Below, one piece after another: positions 29,250 through 37,766 of a stretch of DNA of 64,000 nucleotides. Location of the stretch: NCBI GenBank assembly GCA_965116445.1, contig OZ220688.1, positions 1,349,149-1,413,148 of the forward strand, given 5' to 3'. Source of the stretch: Thermoanaerobaculia bacterium (GTDB lineage Bacteria; Acidobacteriota; Thermoanaerobaculia; Multivoradales; Multivoraceae). How positions within the stretch are numbered: position 1 is the first letter of the stretch; each line of letters begins with the position of its first letter. The notes under the pieces were generated by a model, which had not been told where the DNA came from, made no database searches, and worked only from the letters and a program-made list of their open reading frames with translations. The position numbers were made by a program, and so were the translations under genes.

Positions 29250-31319
29250 ATGGAGACGATCCGCATCGCCGCAGCAGCCGCCGTCTGTATCGTGCTCCTG
29301 GCCGCCTCCGCGGCCGGCCAGAACGGCGCCCCGGCCGGCGAGTGGCCGAGCTACGGCGGCGACGTGGGATCGACGAAGTACTCGCCGCTCGACCAGATCG
29401 ACGCCTCGAACTTCGGCGAACTCCAGAACGTCTGGCGCTGGCGCTCGGTCGACGGGTTTCTCAGCAAGAACGAAGCGGGCGGCGAGTGGCACGCCAGCCG
29501 CGACGCGATCTTCGATCGGCTGAAGGACGACGATCCCCTGCTGTGGCGCGCGGGCCGGGCGCCCTTCATCCGCAACCTGAAGGCGACGCCGCTGATGCAG
29601 GAGGGGTTGCTGTTCCTGAACACGCCGATCTCGATCGGGGCGGCGGTTCATCCCGGCACCGGCCGGACGGTCTGGGCCTACAACCCGAAGAGCTACGAGA
29701 GCGGCACGACGACGATGACCGTGGTCTGGAACCAGCGCGGCGTGGCCTACTGGACGAACGGCGAGGACGGCGAAGCCGCGGACAGCCGCGTCTACTGGGG
29801 CACCGGCGACGGCTACCTGCTCTCGGTCGACGCCCGCACCGGCCGACCGATCGAGGAGTTCGGGGACCGCGGCCGCGTCGACCTGATGGAAGGTCTGCCG
29901 CGCGCCAACCGCGGCGAGCGGGACTACCTGAACGCCCTTCTCTACTCGATGCAATCTCCGCCGGTCGTGGTGCGCGACGTCGTCGTGACCGGCGCCTCGA
30001 TCGCGGACCGCCGGATCACGAAGGAGTCGATCCCGGGCTGGGTGCGCGGCTGGGACGCGCGCACCGGCGAGCTGCGCTGGGTCTTCCGCACCGTGCCGCA
30101 GGAGGGCGACGAGGGCGTCGAAACCTGGGAAGACGAGTCCTGGCGCTACTCAGGCAACGCGAACGTCTGGACGATGCTCTCCGGCGACAACGAGCACGGG
30201 ATCGTCTACCTGCCCATCGGCACGGCGACGAACGACTTCTACGGCGGCCACCGGCCGGGCGACAACCTCTACTCCGAGAGCCTGGTCGCGGTCGACGTCG
30301 AGACCGGCGACAAGCTCTGGCACTTCCAGGCGGTCCGCCACGGCCTCTGGGACTACGACTTCCCGGCCGCGCCGACGCTGATCGACCTTCCGGGCGGAGA
30401 CGGCGCCGACCCCCGACAGATCGTCGCCCAGGTCAGCAAGCAGGGCTTCCTCTACGTGTTCGACCGGGTCACCGGCGAGCCCGTCTGGGAGATCGAGGAC
30501 CGTCCGGTGCCCCCGGCGACAATGCCCGGCGACACCGCCTCGCCCACCCAGCCGTTCCCGACGAAGCCGGCGCCGTTCGAATACCAGGGAGTGACGGAAG
30601 ACGATCTGGCCGACTTCACGCCGGAAATCAGGCAGATGGCCCTGGATGTGATCGCCAACTACGAGATCGGCCCGCTCTACACGCCTCCGTCCCTGCCGGT
30701 ACGAGGCGGCAAGCAGGGCACGATCTTCCGGCCGTCGGCCGGCGGCGGGGCGAACTGGTACGGCGCCGCGGTCGACCCGGAAACCGGCTGGCTCTACGTA
30801 CCGTCGCGGAACGCCTTCAGCATGGTCACGTTCTACACGCCGGATCCGCTGGAGGGCGGCACGCTGCGCTACACCCACGGCGGCCGCGGCCGGCGGCCCG
30901 AGATGCCGGAAGGTCTGCCCCTGTTCAAACCGCCCTACACGCGGATGACCGCGATCGATCTTGTGACCGGCGAGCACGTGTGGATGAAGCCGCTCGGCAA
31001 CAACGACACCCTGAGGAACCACCCGCGCCTTGCGGACCTCGACCTGCCCCCGCTCGGCGGCGACACGTACACCGGACCGCTGCTCACGAAGACGTTGCTG
31101 ATCCACGGCCAGCACGCCCCCGACGACGACGGCGGCAACCGGCTCGTGGCCCGGGACAAGCGGACCGGCGACGTGATCGCCGAGGCGCCGCTGCCGGCAC
31201 GCGGGCTCGGCACGCCGATGACCTACCTGTGGGAGGGCCGGCAGTACATCGCGCTGACGGTCGCCGGCAGGCGGGAGACGGACGGTGTGCCGGAGTTGAT
31301 CGCGTTCGCGCTGCCTTGA
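29250..31319 (+). CDS. PQQ-dependent dehydrogenase (quinoprotein, 8-bladed propeller), periplasmic
   Basis: Signal peptide. WPSYGGDVGSTKYSPLDQI ... LQNVWRWRS and repeated W-motif propeller blades. DYDF and PQEGDEGV segments typical of quinoprotein alcohol/glucose dehydrogenases. Confidence 0.75.
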   Translation: METIRIAAAAAVCIVLLAASAAGQNGAPAGEWPSYGGDVGSTKYSPLDQIDASNFGELQNVWRWRSVDGFLSKNEAGGEWHASRDAIFDRLKDDDPLLWRAGRAPFIRNLKATPLMQEGLLFLNTPISIGAAVHPGTGRTVWAYNPKSYESGTTTMTVVWNQRGVAYWTNGEDGEAADSRVYWGTGDGYLLSVDARTGRPIEEFGDRGRVDLMEGLPRANRGERDYLNALLYSMQSPPVVVRDVVVTGASIADRRITKESIPGWVRGWDARTGELRWVFRTVPQEGDEGVETWEDESWRYSGNANVWTMLSGDNEHGIVYLPIGTATNDFYGGHRPGDNLYSESLVAVDVETGDKLWHFQAVRHGLWDYDFPAAPTLIDLPGGDGADPRQIVAQVSKQGFLYVFDRVTGEPVWEIEDRPVPPATMPGDTASPTQPFPTKPAPFEYQGVTEDDLADFTPEIRQMALDVIANYEIGPLYTPPSLPVRGGKQGTIFRPSAGGGANWYGAAVDPETGWLYVPSRNAFSMVTFYTPDPLEGGTLRYTHGGRGRRPEMPEGLPLFKPPYTRMTAIDLVTGEHVWMKPLGNNDTLRNHPRLADLDLPPLGGDTYTGPLLTKTLLIHGQHAPDDDGGNRLVARDKRTGDVIAEAPLPARGLGTPMTYLWEGRQYIALTVAGRRETDGVPELIAFALP

Positions 31320-31375
31320 CCCAGTGCCCGGATGCCGGCGGGGACGCCGGCGTACCCAGTGCCGGAGGCCGGCGC
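31320..31375. repeat. REP-like element copy (GCCGGCGGGGACGCCGGCGTACCCAGTG)
   Basis: Core motif between convergent genes. Confidence 0.7.
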
Positions 31376-31381
31376 AGCCGG

Positions 31382-32158
31382 TCAGCGCTTCATGAAGGCC
31401 GCGACGGCTTCCCGGTGGGCGTCGCTCTTGTAGGCCGTCTGGAGCTCTTCGAGTTCGCGGCGGTGGACGTCGTCGAGGTCGTGCGATGAGCCGTTCTTCG
31501 TCAGCAACCGCTTCACGGCGCGCAGCGAACTGTCCGCGTTCTCGCCGATCCGGGCAGCGAGCTTGAGCGCCCGGTCCAGCGTCTCCTCGTGCGGCACGGC
31601 GGCATTGGCAAAGCCCATTGCCTCGAGCTCGGAGGCGTCGTAGAGACTGCCGGTCAGGCACATCTCGCTCGCCTTCGCCCAGCCCACGCGCTGCACCAGG
31701 AAGTGGGATGAACAGAGTTCCGGCACCAGACCCATCCGCACGAAGAACATGCCGACGCGGGCCCGTTCCGAGAGCACGATCACGTCGAAGGGCAAAGCCA
31801 GCGTGATGCCGACGCCCACGGCGACGCCGTTGATCGCGGCAATCATCGGCTTCGAGTCGCGCACCAGCTCCACCCAGGGGCGCGGCGGCCTGCGATCGGC
31901 CTCCGCCCCGGCCTCACCGCCGTCGAGCCGGGCCTTGAACTGGGCGCCGATGTCCGCGCCGGCACAGAATCCGCGTCCCGCACCGGTGACGACGATCGCG
32001 GCCAGCCCCGGGTCCTCGTTGGCCGCTTCGATCGCCTCGACCAACTCGAAGTTCATCTGCCGGGTCCAGGCGTTCAGCTTGTCCGGCCGGTTCAGGGTCA
32101 GGATGCGGGTCTTGCCCCGGTCCTCGACCAGGATCTGTTCGTAGTTCGTTGCGGTCAT
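31382..32158 (-). CDS. Enoyl-CoA hydratase/isomerase (crotonase) family protein
   Basis: LTLNRPDKLNA ... VVTGAGRGFCAGADI ... AAINGVAVGVGITLAL match crotonase signatures. Confidence 0.8.
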   Translation of the reverse strand: MTATNYEQILVEDRGKTRILTLNRPDKLNAWTRQMNFELVEAIEAANEDPGLAAIVVTGAGRGFCAGADIGAQFKARLDGGEAGAEADRRPPRPWVELVRDSKPMIAAINGVAVGVGITLALPFDVIVLSERARVGMFFVRMGLVPELCSSHFLVQRVGWAKASEMCLTGSLYDASELEAMGFANAAVPHEETLDRALKLAARIGENADSSLRAVKRLLTKNGSSHDLDDVHRRELEELQTAYKSDAHREAVAAFMKR

Positions 32159-32260
32159 CGGTGGTCTCCCAAGCCTTCGTCTCCGTCCGCTTCGTCGGCA
32201 GCTCTTAAGAGTTCAGCCCGTGGTGGAAATGCAGGGACGATACGCGGCGGGCGGCTTCAG

Positions 32261-32968
32261 TCAGGCGCTGCCGGTTGCCGGCACGATGCGAGGCGGCGGC
32301 GCGGTCGCTTCGGCCTGGCGACGAGCCAGGGAGATCCGGGCACGGCGCGCCACGAACCAGACGCAGACGAGGAGCAGGGCGATCGCGTTGATCCGCAGCG
32401 GCAGGATCATCGTCGTGTGAACGGTTTCCGGTGAGGACTGCATCTGGTGGATGCTCCGCCACCAGTTCACCGAGTAGTACACGAGGGGCGCGTTGACCGA
32501 AGCGACGATGCTTGCCGCCGCCGTCCACGGCGCCCGCCGGTGCTCCTCGGCGAAGCGCCGGAGCGCCAGCACGCCGAGGAAGGTGAGCCACATGACGAAC
32601 GTGAAGGTCAGCCGCGGATCCCAGGCCCAGTAGACGCCCCAGGTCGGCTTGGCCCAGACGATCCCGGAGAGCAGCCCCGCCGTCTCGAGCACGACCCCGA
32701 CCTCGATGACCCCCACGAGCATGCCGTCGATCCAGGCCTTGCGCTTCCACAGGGAAGCCGCGCCCACGAAACCGGCGCCGAAGAAACAGAGCAGGGCGTT
32801 CCACTGCAAGGGAACATGGACGTAGAGGATGCGGTAGACCTCGCCCATGAACCGCTCCGTCGGCGCGACGAACAGGCCGACGTAGACGCCCGCCACGAGC
32901 AGCGCGAGACCGACGAGGCCGAACCAGTGTTCCCAAGCCCAAGGGCGCTTCGTGCCTGCGTTCGTCAT
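32261..32968 (-). CDS. CcmC-like cytochrome c assembly / heme-handling membrane protein (WWD domain)
   Basis: Trp-rich motif WGVYWAWDPRLT between TM helices, as in the CcmC/CcmF/CcsA family. No other ccm genes in the window. Confidence 0.6.
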   Translation of the reverse strand: MTNAGTKRPWAWEHWFGLVGLALLVAGVYVGLFVAPTERFMGEVYRILYVHVPLQWNALLCFFGAGFVGAASLWKRKAWIDGMLVGVIEVGVVLETAGLLSGIVWAKPTWGVYWAWDPRLTFTFVMWLTFLGVLALRRFAEEHRRAPWTAAASIVASVNAPLVYYSVNWWRSIHQMQSSPETVHTTMILPLRINAIALLLVCVWFVARRARISLARRQAEATAPPPRIVPATGSA

Positions 32969-33069
32969 CGGCCGGGGACGTTAGCACCGGCAGGGCCAGA
33001 GCCGAGCCGGCGCTCCGAGTACTCTTGATACGGTCGGCGGTCGATTCCAGGTGGGAGGGCACTCGGGCG

Positions 33070-33963
33070 ATGACGGATTCCACGAACATTCTCGGCCGGC
33101 TTGGGGTCTGGGCCGGGCTCGACGGCCTCTCGGCGCCCCAGGCGGCAGAGTTCGCGGCCACGATCGAAGCGCAGGGCTACGGAGCGCTGTGGACGCCCGA
33201 GGCGGTCGGCCGCGACCCGTTCGCGCTGATCGCGTATCTCGGCGCCCGCACGAAGCGGATCACGCACGCCACCGGCATCGCGAACATCTACGCCCGCGAC
33301 GCGATGACGACGAAGGCGGTCCACAAGACGCTGTCCGAGATGCTGCCGGGCCGCTTCGTTCTGGGCCTGGGCGTTTCCCATCCGCACCTGGTCACTCACC
33401 TGCGCGGCCACGAGTACAAGCCGCCCGTACCCAAGATGCGCGAGTACCTCGAAGCGGTCGGCAAGGCGTTCTATCGCGGCGCGGAGCCCGAGCAGGAAGC
33501 GCCCATCGTGATCGCCGCCCTGCGACCGTTGATGCTGAAGCTCGCCGCCACGGGTGCAGACGGCGCCCATCCCTATCTCGTGACGCCGGAACACACCCGG
33601 CGGGCGCGCGAGATCATGGGCGACGGGCCGCTCCTGTGTCCCGAGCAGAAGGTGATCCTGACCACGGACGCCGAAGCGGCCCGCAAGATCGGCCGCGCCA
33701 ACCTCTACGTCTATCTGCGCGCGCCGAACTACCAGAACAGCCTGCTCGAGCTCGGCTTCACCGAGGACGACTGGACGGACTTCCAGGCCAGCGACCGGCT
33801 GGTCGACGCCCTGGTCGCCTGGGGCACAGCGGACCAGATCCGCGAACGCATCGAGGCGCACCAGGATGCCGGCGCCGATCACGTCTGCATCCAGGCGTTC
33901 CGGGCCGACGGCAAACCGGGAGCGGATCTCGACGCACTGGCAGCCCTGGCGCCGGGTGCCTGA
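33070..33963 (+). CDS. LLM-class flavin/F420-dependent oxidoreductase
   Basis: LGVWAGLDGLSAPQAAEFAATIEAQGYGALWTPEAVGRDPF ... VLGLGVSHPHLV typical of the LLM family (TIGR03620-like). Confidence 0.7.
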   Translation: MTDSTNILGRLGVWAGLDGLSAPQAAEFAATIEAQGYGALWTPEAVGRDPFALIAYLGARTKRITHATGIANIYARDAMTTKAVHKTLSEMLPGRFVLGLGVSHPHLVTHLRGHEYKPPVPKMREYLEAVGKAFYRGAEPEQEAPIVIAALRPLMLKLAATGADGAHPYLVTPEHTRRAREIMGDGPLLCPEQKVILTTDAEAARKIGRANLYVYLRAPNYQNSLLELGFTEDDWTDFQASDRLVDALVAWGTADQIRERIEAHQDAGADHVCIQAFRADGKPGADLDALAALAPGA

Positions 33964-33992
33964 GAGCCGCAACGAACGAAGGAGAACGACCT

Positions 33993-35204
33993 GTGAAGAG
34001 ACGAATGAAGAACCGCCACTCCGCCCTCGGCATCCTGACCGCCGCCGTTCTCGCCCTCGCCGCATTCGCCTGTGCGCCGGCCGAGGAGGCCCCCGAACCG
34101 GTCGATCTCGAGGCGCCGCTCGCCGACCTCGGGGAAGGCTGGAACACGATTACCCCGGGTGGAAGCACCACCTGCTCGGACGGCTCGCCGTTCCGGTTCT
34201 TCGTCCGCAAGGCGGACCCGACCCGGCTCGTCTTCTACCTCCAGGGTGGCGGCGGCTGCTGGACCGCCCAGACCTGCGACCCTGAGGGTCGACCGACCTA
34301 CACGATGACAGCGGCCGAGGAGATGCGTTCCCCGAGCGGTGCTCTGCCTGAGGAAGGCGCGGCCCACGGCATTGCCGCCTTCAACCACCCCGAGAACCCG
34401 TTTGCCGACCACAGCTTCGTCTTCGTGCCCTACTGCACCGGCGACGTCCACATCGGCGACCGGGACGCGGTGTACGAAGTGCCGGCGAGGGACGAGGAGC
34501 CCGCGCGCGAAGTGACGATCCATCACCGCGGCTACACGAACGGCAGGGCGGCTCTCGACTGGACCTACGAGCACTTCCTCGGTCCCGAGACCGTGTTCAT
34601 CACCGGTTCGAGCGCCGGCTCGATCCCGTCGCCGGTCTACGCCCGTCACTTCGCGGAGCACTATCCCGACGCGCGGGTCACCGCGCTCGGCGACGGCGCC
34701 GGCGGCTACCGGCAAATCGGCGATACGAGGCCGCACGAGGCGTGGGGAACGCTCGCGGCACTCTCCCACTTCGAGAACATGGCGGAGACGAGCACCGAGA
34801 ACTTCTCGTTCGAGACGCTCTACATCCAGGCCGCCAAGGCTCACCCGGAGGCCATGTTCGCGCGCTACGACACCGCCGAGGACGACGTCCAGATCCAGTT
34901 CCTGCAGATCGGTGGAGTGAGCACCGAGGGCGGCCTGCAGCCGCTGCTCGACGCGAACGAGGCCGACATCGACGCGGCGCTCGAAGGCCAGGACAACTAC
35001 CGGAGCTACATCGCGCCAGGCGAACTCCACACGATCATGCTGCGGCCCCAGTTCTACAGCTTCGAGTCCGACGGCGTACGGGTCCGCGACTGGGTCGCCT
35101 CGCTCGCCGCCGGCGAAGCGGTCGACGACGTCCACTGCGGCGACTGCAGCGGCTCGCCGGAGCCGGAAGCCGCGACGGTCGGCGAAGCGACCGGCGGTCC
35201 CTAG
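33993..35204 (+). CDS. Pectin-acetylesterase/Notum-like (PAE family) esterase, lipoprotein
   Basis: RBS GGAGAA before GTG 33993. Lipobox AAFAC. FYLQGGGGCWTAQTC, YCTGDVHIGD and ITGSSAGS match PAE-family motifs (GGGxC ... S-A-G nucleophile). Confidence 0.6.
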   Translation: MKRRMKNRHSALGILTAAVLALAAFACAPAEEAPEPVDLEAPLADLGEGWNTITPGGSTTCSDGSPFRFFVRKADPTRLVFYLQGGGGCWTAQTCDPEGRPTYTMTAAEEMRSPSGALPEEGAAHGIAAFNHPENPFADHSFVFVPYCTGDVHIGDRDAVYEVPARDEEPAREVTIHHRGYTNGRAALDWTYEHFLGPETVFITGSSAGSIPSPVYARHFAEHYPDARVTALGDGAGGYRQIGDTRPHEAWGTLAALSHFENMAETSTENFSFETLYIQAAKAHPEAMFARYDTAEDDVQIQFLQIGGVSTEGGLQPLLDANEADIDAALEGQDNYRSYIAPGELHTIMLRPQFYSFESDGVRVRDWVASLAAGEAVDDVHCGDCSGSPEPEAATVGEATGGP

Positions 35205-35300
35205 ACTCCTTGAACAGGCGCCGTCTCTACAGTTGAGGCGAATTCCGCCCACTGGGTGCGCCGGCGTCCCCGCCGGCATCCGGTCCGACCCGCATGCTCG
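35202..35300. repeat. REP-like element with a conserved 60-nt leader TAGACTCCTTGAACAGGCGCCGTCTCTACAGTTGAGGCGAATTCCGCCCACTGGGTGCGCC; the TAG is the stop codon of the esterase gene
   Basis: Near-identical 60-nt block also at 53657. Followed by GGCGTCCCCGCCGGC. Confidence 0.8.
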
Positions 35301-35327
35301 TCGGTCTGAGGCGGAGCCTCGTCGGCA

Positions 35328-35789
35328 CTAGCCGGGTACACCTGCCTCACAAGGGCGCGCGAAGACGGTCTCGGACCGCCGCAGCGCGACGCGTCCGGGC
35401 GGCGCTCCGCGCGGCTTGCTGACATCACGGCCGCGGGCCAGGCGAACGGCCACCCGCCCGCCGGCCCGGGATTTCGAGTAGCGGGCCGCCAGGGCGGCCG
35501 CGAAGTCCCGCGTCGCCCGCGGCAGGCGGTCGACGCCGGAGTCGTTGAGCACCAGCACGTGAGACCCGGCGCCCGACGCCGCGTGCAGCCAGAAATCCGC
35601 GGGGCGGGCGAGCCGCAGGCTCAGATCGTCGTTGTCGGCGGCGGTCTTGCCGACCAGCACGATGAAGCCGTCCGGGGACTCGAACCGTCGCGCGACCGTC
35701 CGGCCGCGGAACAGCCCCTGGGCGGGCAGCGTCTCCTGTCCCGGCTCGCGCCGGTTCGCCTTTCCCCTGAGGGGCTGGCCGGAACTCAC
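35328..35789 (-). CDS. DUF814 / NFACT-R RNA-binding domain protein
   Basis: GFIVLVGKTAADNDDLSLRLARPADFWLHA matches the DUF814 (NFACT-R_1) core. 4-nt overlap with the upstream amidohydrolase. Confidence 0.55.
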   Translation of the reverse strand: MSSGQPLRGKANRREPGQETLPAQGLFRGRTVARRFESPDGFIVLVGKTAADNDDLSLRLARPADFWLHAASGAGSHVLVLNDSGVDRLPRATRDFAAALAARYSKSRAGGRVAVRLARGRDVSKPRGAPPGRVALRRSETVFARPCEAGVPG

Positions 35790-36916
35790 TCCGGGAACAG
35801 GCTCCGGTCGAGGCCCGGGATGATCTCAAGGGCGTTGCGGAAGTAGATCTTCTCGAGCACCTCATCGGACAGGCCGAGCCCGTACATCTTCCAGTGGGCG
35901 TGGCGCTTCCGGTAGTAGTCGAAGTACTCGTCCCGCGTCTCCAGCACGCGGAAGTAGACGTGGTAGCCCTCGATCGGATCCCAGGAGTCCTTGCCCATCA
36001 GGACGCGGTCCTGGTACTTCTCCATGAAGGCGGCGCCCGTGATCGGCTGCCTGCCGAGTTCGGCGAGGACCGCGCCGAGTTCCGTGTAGACGTTCGGCAG
36101 CTCGTCGAGCAGCTTGCCGAGTCGCGCCAGGTCGTTGCCGAGCCAGCCCAAGTGGGCGTTGATGAAGATCGTGTTCGGATGATTGCGGAACAGGTTGTGC
36201 TGCTCGCCCATCGTCTGCTCGAAGGAGGCAAAGCGCGTGGCGTCGTCGCGACGGCGTCTCGGGAACATCTTGAGTTCGAGCCAACGCTCGTTGTGCTCGT
36301 CCCACGGATCCCAGAACGGCGACGGTTCGCCAACGTGGATCAGGACCGGGATGCCCAACTCGCCCGCCTTCGCCCACACCGGATCGATCCGCGGGTCGTC
36401 GGCCGCCACCCGCTTGCCGTCGCTGTCGGTCTGGAACATGCTGAGGTTCTTGTAGATCTTGAGGCCCTGCGCGCCGGCCTGAACGTCCGCTTCGAGCTGC
36501 GACGCCGCCTTCTTGCCCCAGCCGGGTTGACCGATGCCGGAGAAGTCGACGTTCGCGTAGGCGACGAACCGGCCCGGGTAGCGGCCCTTGGTGGCGGCGA
36601 TGTTCGCCTTGAGGCCCTCGCCGCTGCCGCCGCTCAGGTTGACGAAGGTGGCCATGTTCAGCTCGTCCATCGTCTTGACCATCTGGTCGATCCGCGCCGC
36701 GTCGCCGCCGCGCAGGTGGCCGTGGGCGTCGACGAAGGGGAACTTCGCCCGCGTCACCGGGCCGCCCGGCACCTTGAGCGTCGAACGCGGCTCGTAGGCC
36801 TCGACGGTCATGTCCTGGCCGGCGGCCGGCAGCGGCGCGAGCAGCAGAGCGGCGACCAGGAACCAGCTCGGGTTATCGATGCGGATCGAAGCGTTCGAAC
36901 TATGTGTGACCGGCAT
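35786..36916 (-). CDS. Amidohydrolase-2 (metal-dependent TIM-barrel hydrolase) family protein, secreted
   Basis: Signal peptide. FVDAHGHL metal-binding start and conserved His/Asp positions typical of PF04909-type amidohydrolases. Confidence 0.6.
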   Translation of the reverse strand: MPVTHSSNASIRIDNPSWFLVAALLLAPLPAAGQDMTVEAYEPRSTLKVPGGPVTRAKFPFVDAHGHLRGGDAARIDQMVKTMDELNMATFVNLSGGSGEGLKANIAATKGRYPGRFVAYANVDFSGIGQPGWGKKAASQLEADVQAGAQGLKIYKNLSMFQTDSDGKRVAADDPRIDPVWAKAGELGIPVLIHVGEPSPFWDPWDEHNERWLELKMFPRRRRDDATRFASFEQTMGEQHNLFRNHPNTIFINAHLGWLGNDLARLGKLLDELPNVYTELGAVLAELGRQPITGAAFMEKYQDRVLMGKDSWDPIEGYHVYFRVLETRDEYFDYYRKRHAHWKMYGLGLSDEVLEKIYFRNALEIIPGLDRSLFPE

Positions 36917-36954
36917 GCTTTCTTCCTCAAGTCCCGGGTTGCCTCGTCGAAGGC

Positions 36955-37215
36955 GTCAGAGCGCTCGGAGTCTACGGCAGGACTCTTCAACCAGAGCCGG
37001 GAAAGGCGCCACGGGCTTGTATGGAACTGGCCGAATCACTGGGTGCGCCGACGTCCCCGTCGGCTTTCTGAGAGAAACGCGCGAGGCCGCAGGCCTAGCT
37101 CCTTCGTGCGGAGCCGGCCTGACGGCCGGGGCGTCTCTCCGGCTGCCTTCGGCAGCAGCCGGCGGGGACGCCGGCGCACCCAGTGGGCGGCCAGTTCCCT
37201 GCGCGTCGGCGCAGC
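36955..37215. repeat. Cluster of about 2-3 REP-like units (CACTGGGTGCGCCGACGTCCCCGTCGGCTTTCTGAGAGAAACGCGCGAGGCCGCAGGCC ... GCCGGCGGGGACGCCGGCGCACCCAGTG)
   Basis: Seen directly. Lies upstream of the 37300-44394 gene cluster. Confidence 0.8.
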
Positions 37216-37299
37216 GGAAGGCCGCAACCTGGCTGTTCCAGGCGAGTCAGCGCAGCGCACGCGCTGCTCTGACTGCTCGCCTGCGTATACTTCCACCCG

Positions 37300-37578
37300 A
37301 TGTCCATCGTGCGCGCCGCCGAGGTCGTCGTACTGCTCGGTGCCGTGTACGTCGCATGCGGACTCGTGTTCGCTCCGTTCTTCGTCTGGCGCGGCGTGGG
37401 CCGCGTCGACCCGGCCGCGAGGACAACCGGGCTCGGGTTCCGTCTGATCGTCCTTCCAGGCGTCGCCGCGCTGTGGCCGGTGCTGCTGCGGCGGTGGCTC
37501 GCCGGACGGCAGCCTCCGGCGGAGCGCAACGCGCACCGTGACGCGGCTGCCGGTCGAGGAAGGCGGGTAGACGGGTGA
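37300..37578 (+). CDS. Small 2-TM membrane protein (92 aa), first gene of the coupled operon
   Basis: Two hydrophobic helices. Stop overlaps the next start (GTGA). Confidence 0.45.
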   Translation: MSIVRAAEVVVLLGAVYVACGLVFAPFFVWRGVGRVDPAARTTGLGFRLIVLPGVAALWPVLLRRWLAGRQPPAERNAHRDAAAGRGRRVDG

Positions 37579-37766
37579 TCCGCGGTCTGCGAGGGCGCCA
37601 CCGCCTGATCTGGACCGTGCTGTTCCCGATCCTGGCGGTCCTGCTCGCCGCGGCGCTGCTATGGCGGCCCGCCCCCCCGCTCGCGGACAGCCTTCCGGAA
37701 GCGCGCGAGGTCGACGCTTCCCAAACCGGCGCCGACACCCCGGCACCGCGGGACGAGCCGCAGTGA
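37575..37766 (+). CDS. Small single-TM membrane protein (63 aa)
   Basis: GTG start inside GTGA overlaps on both sides. One TM helix. Confidence 0.4.
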   Translation: MIRGLRGRHRLIWTVLFPILAVLLAAALLWRPAPPLADSLPEAREVDASQTGADTPAPRDEPQ

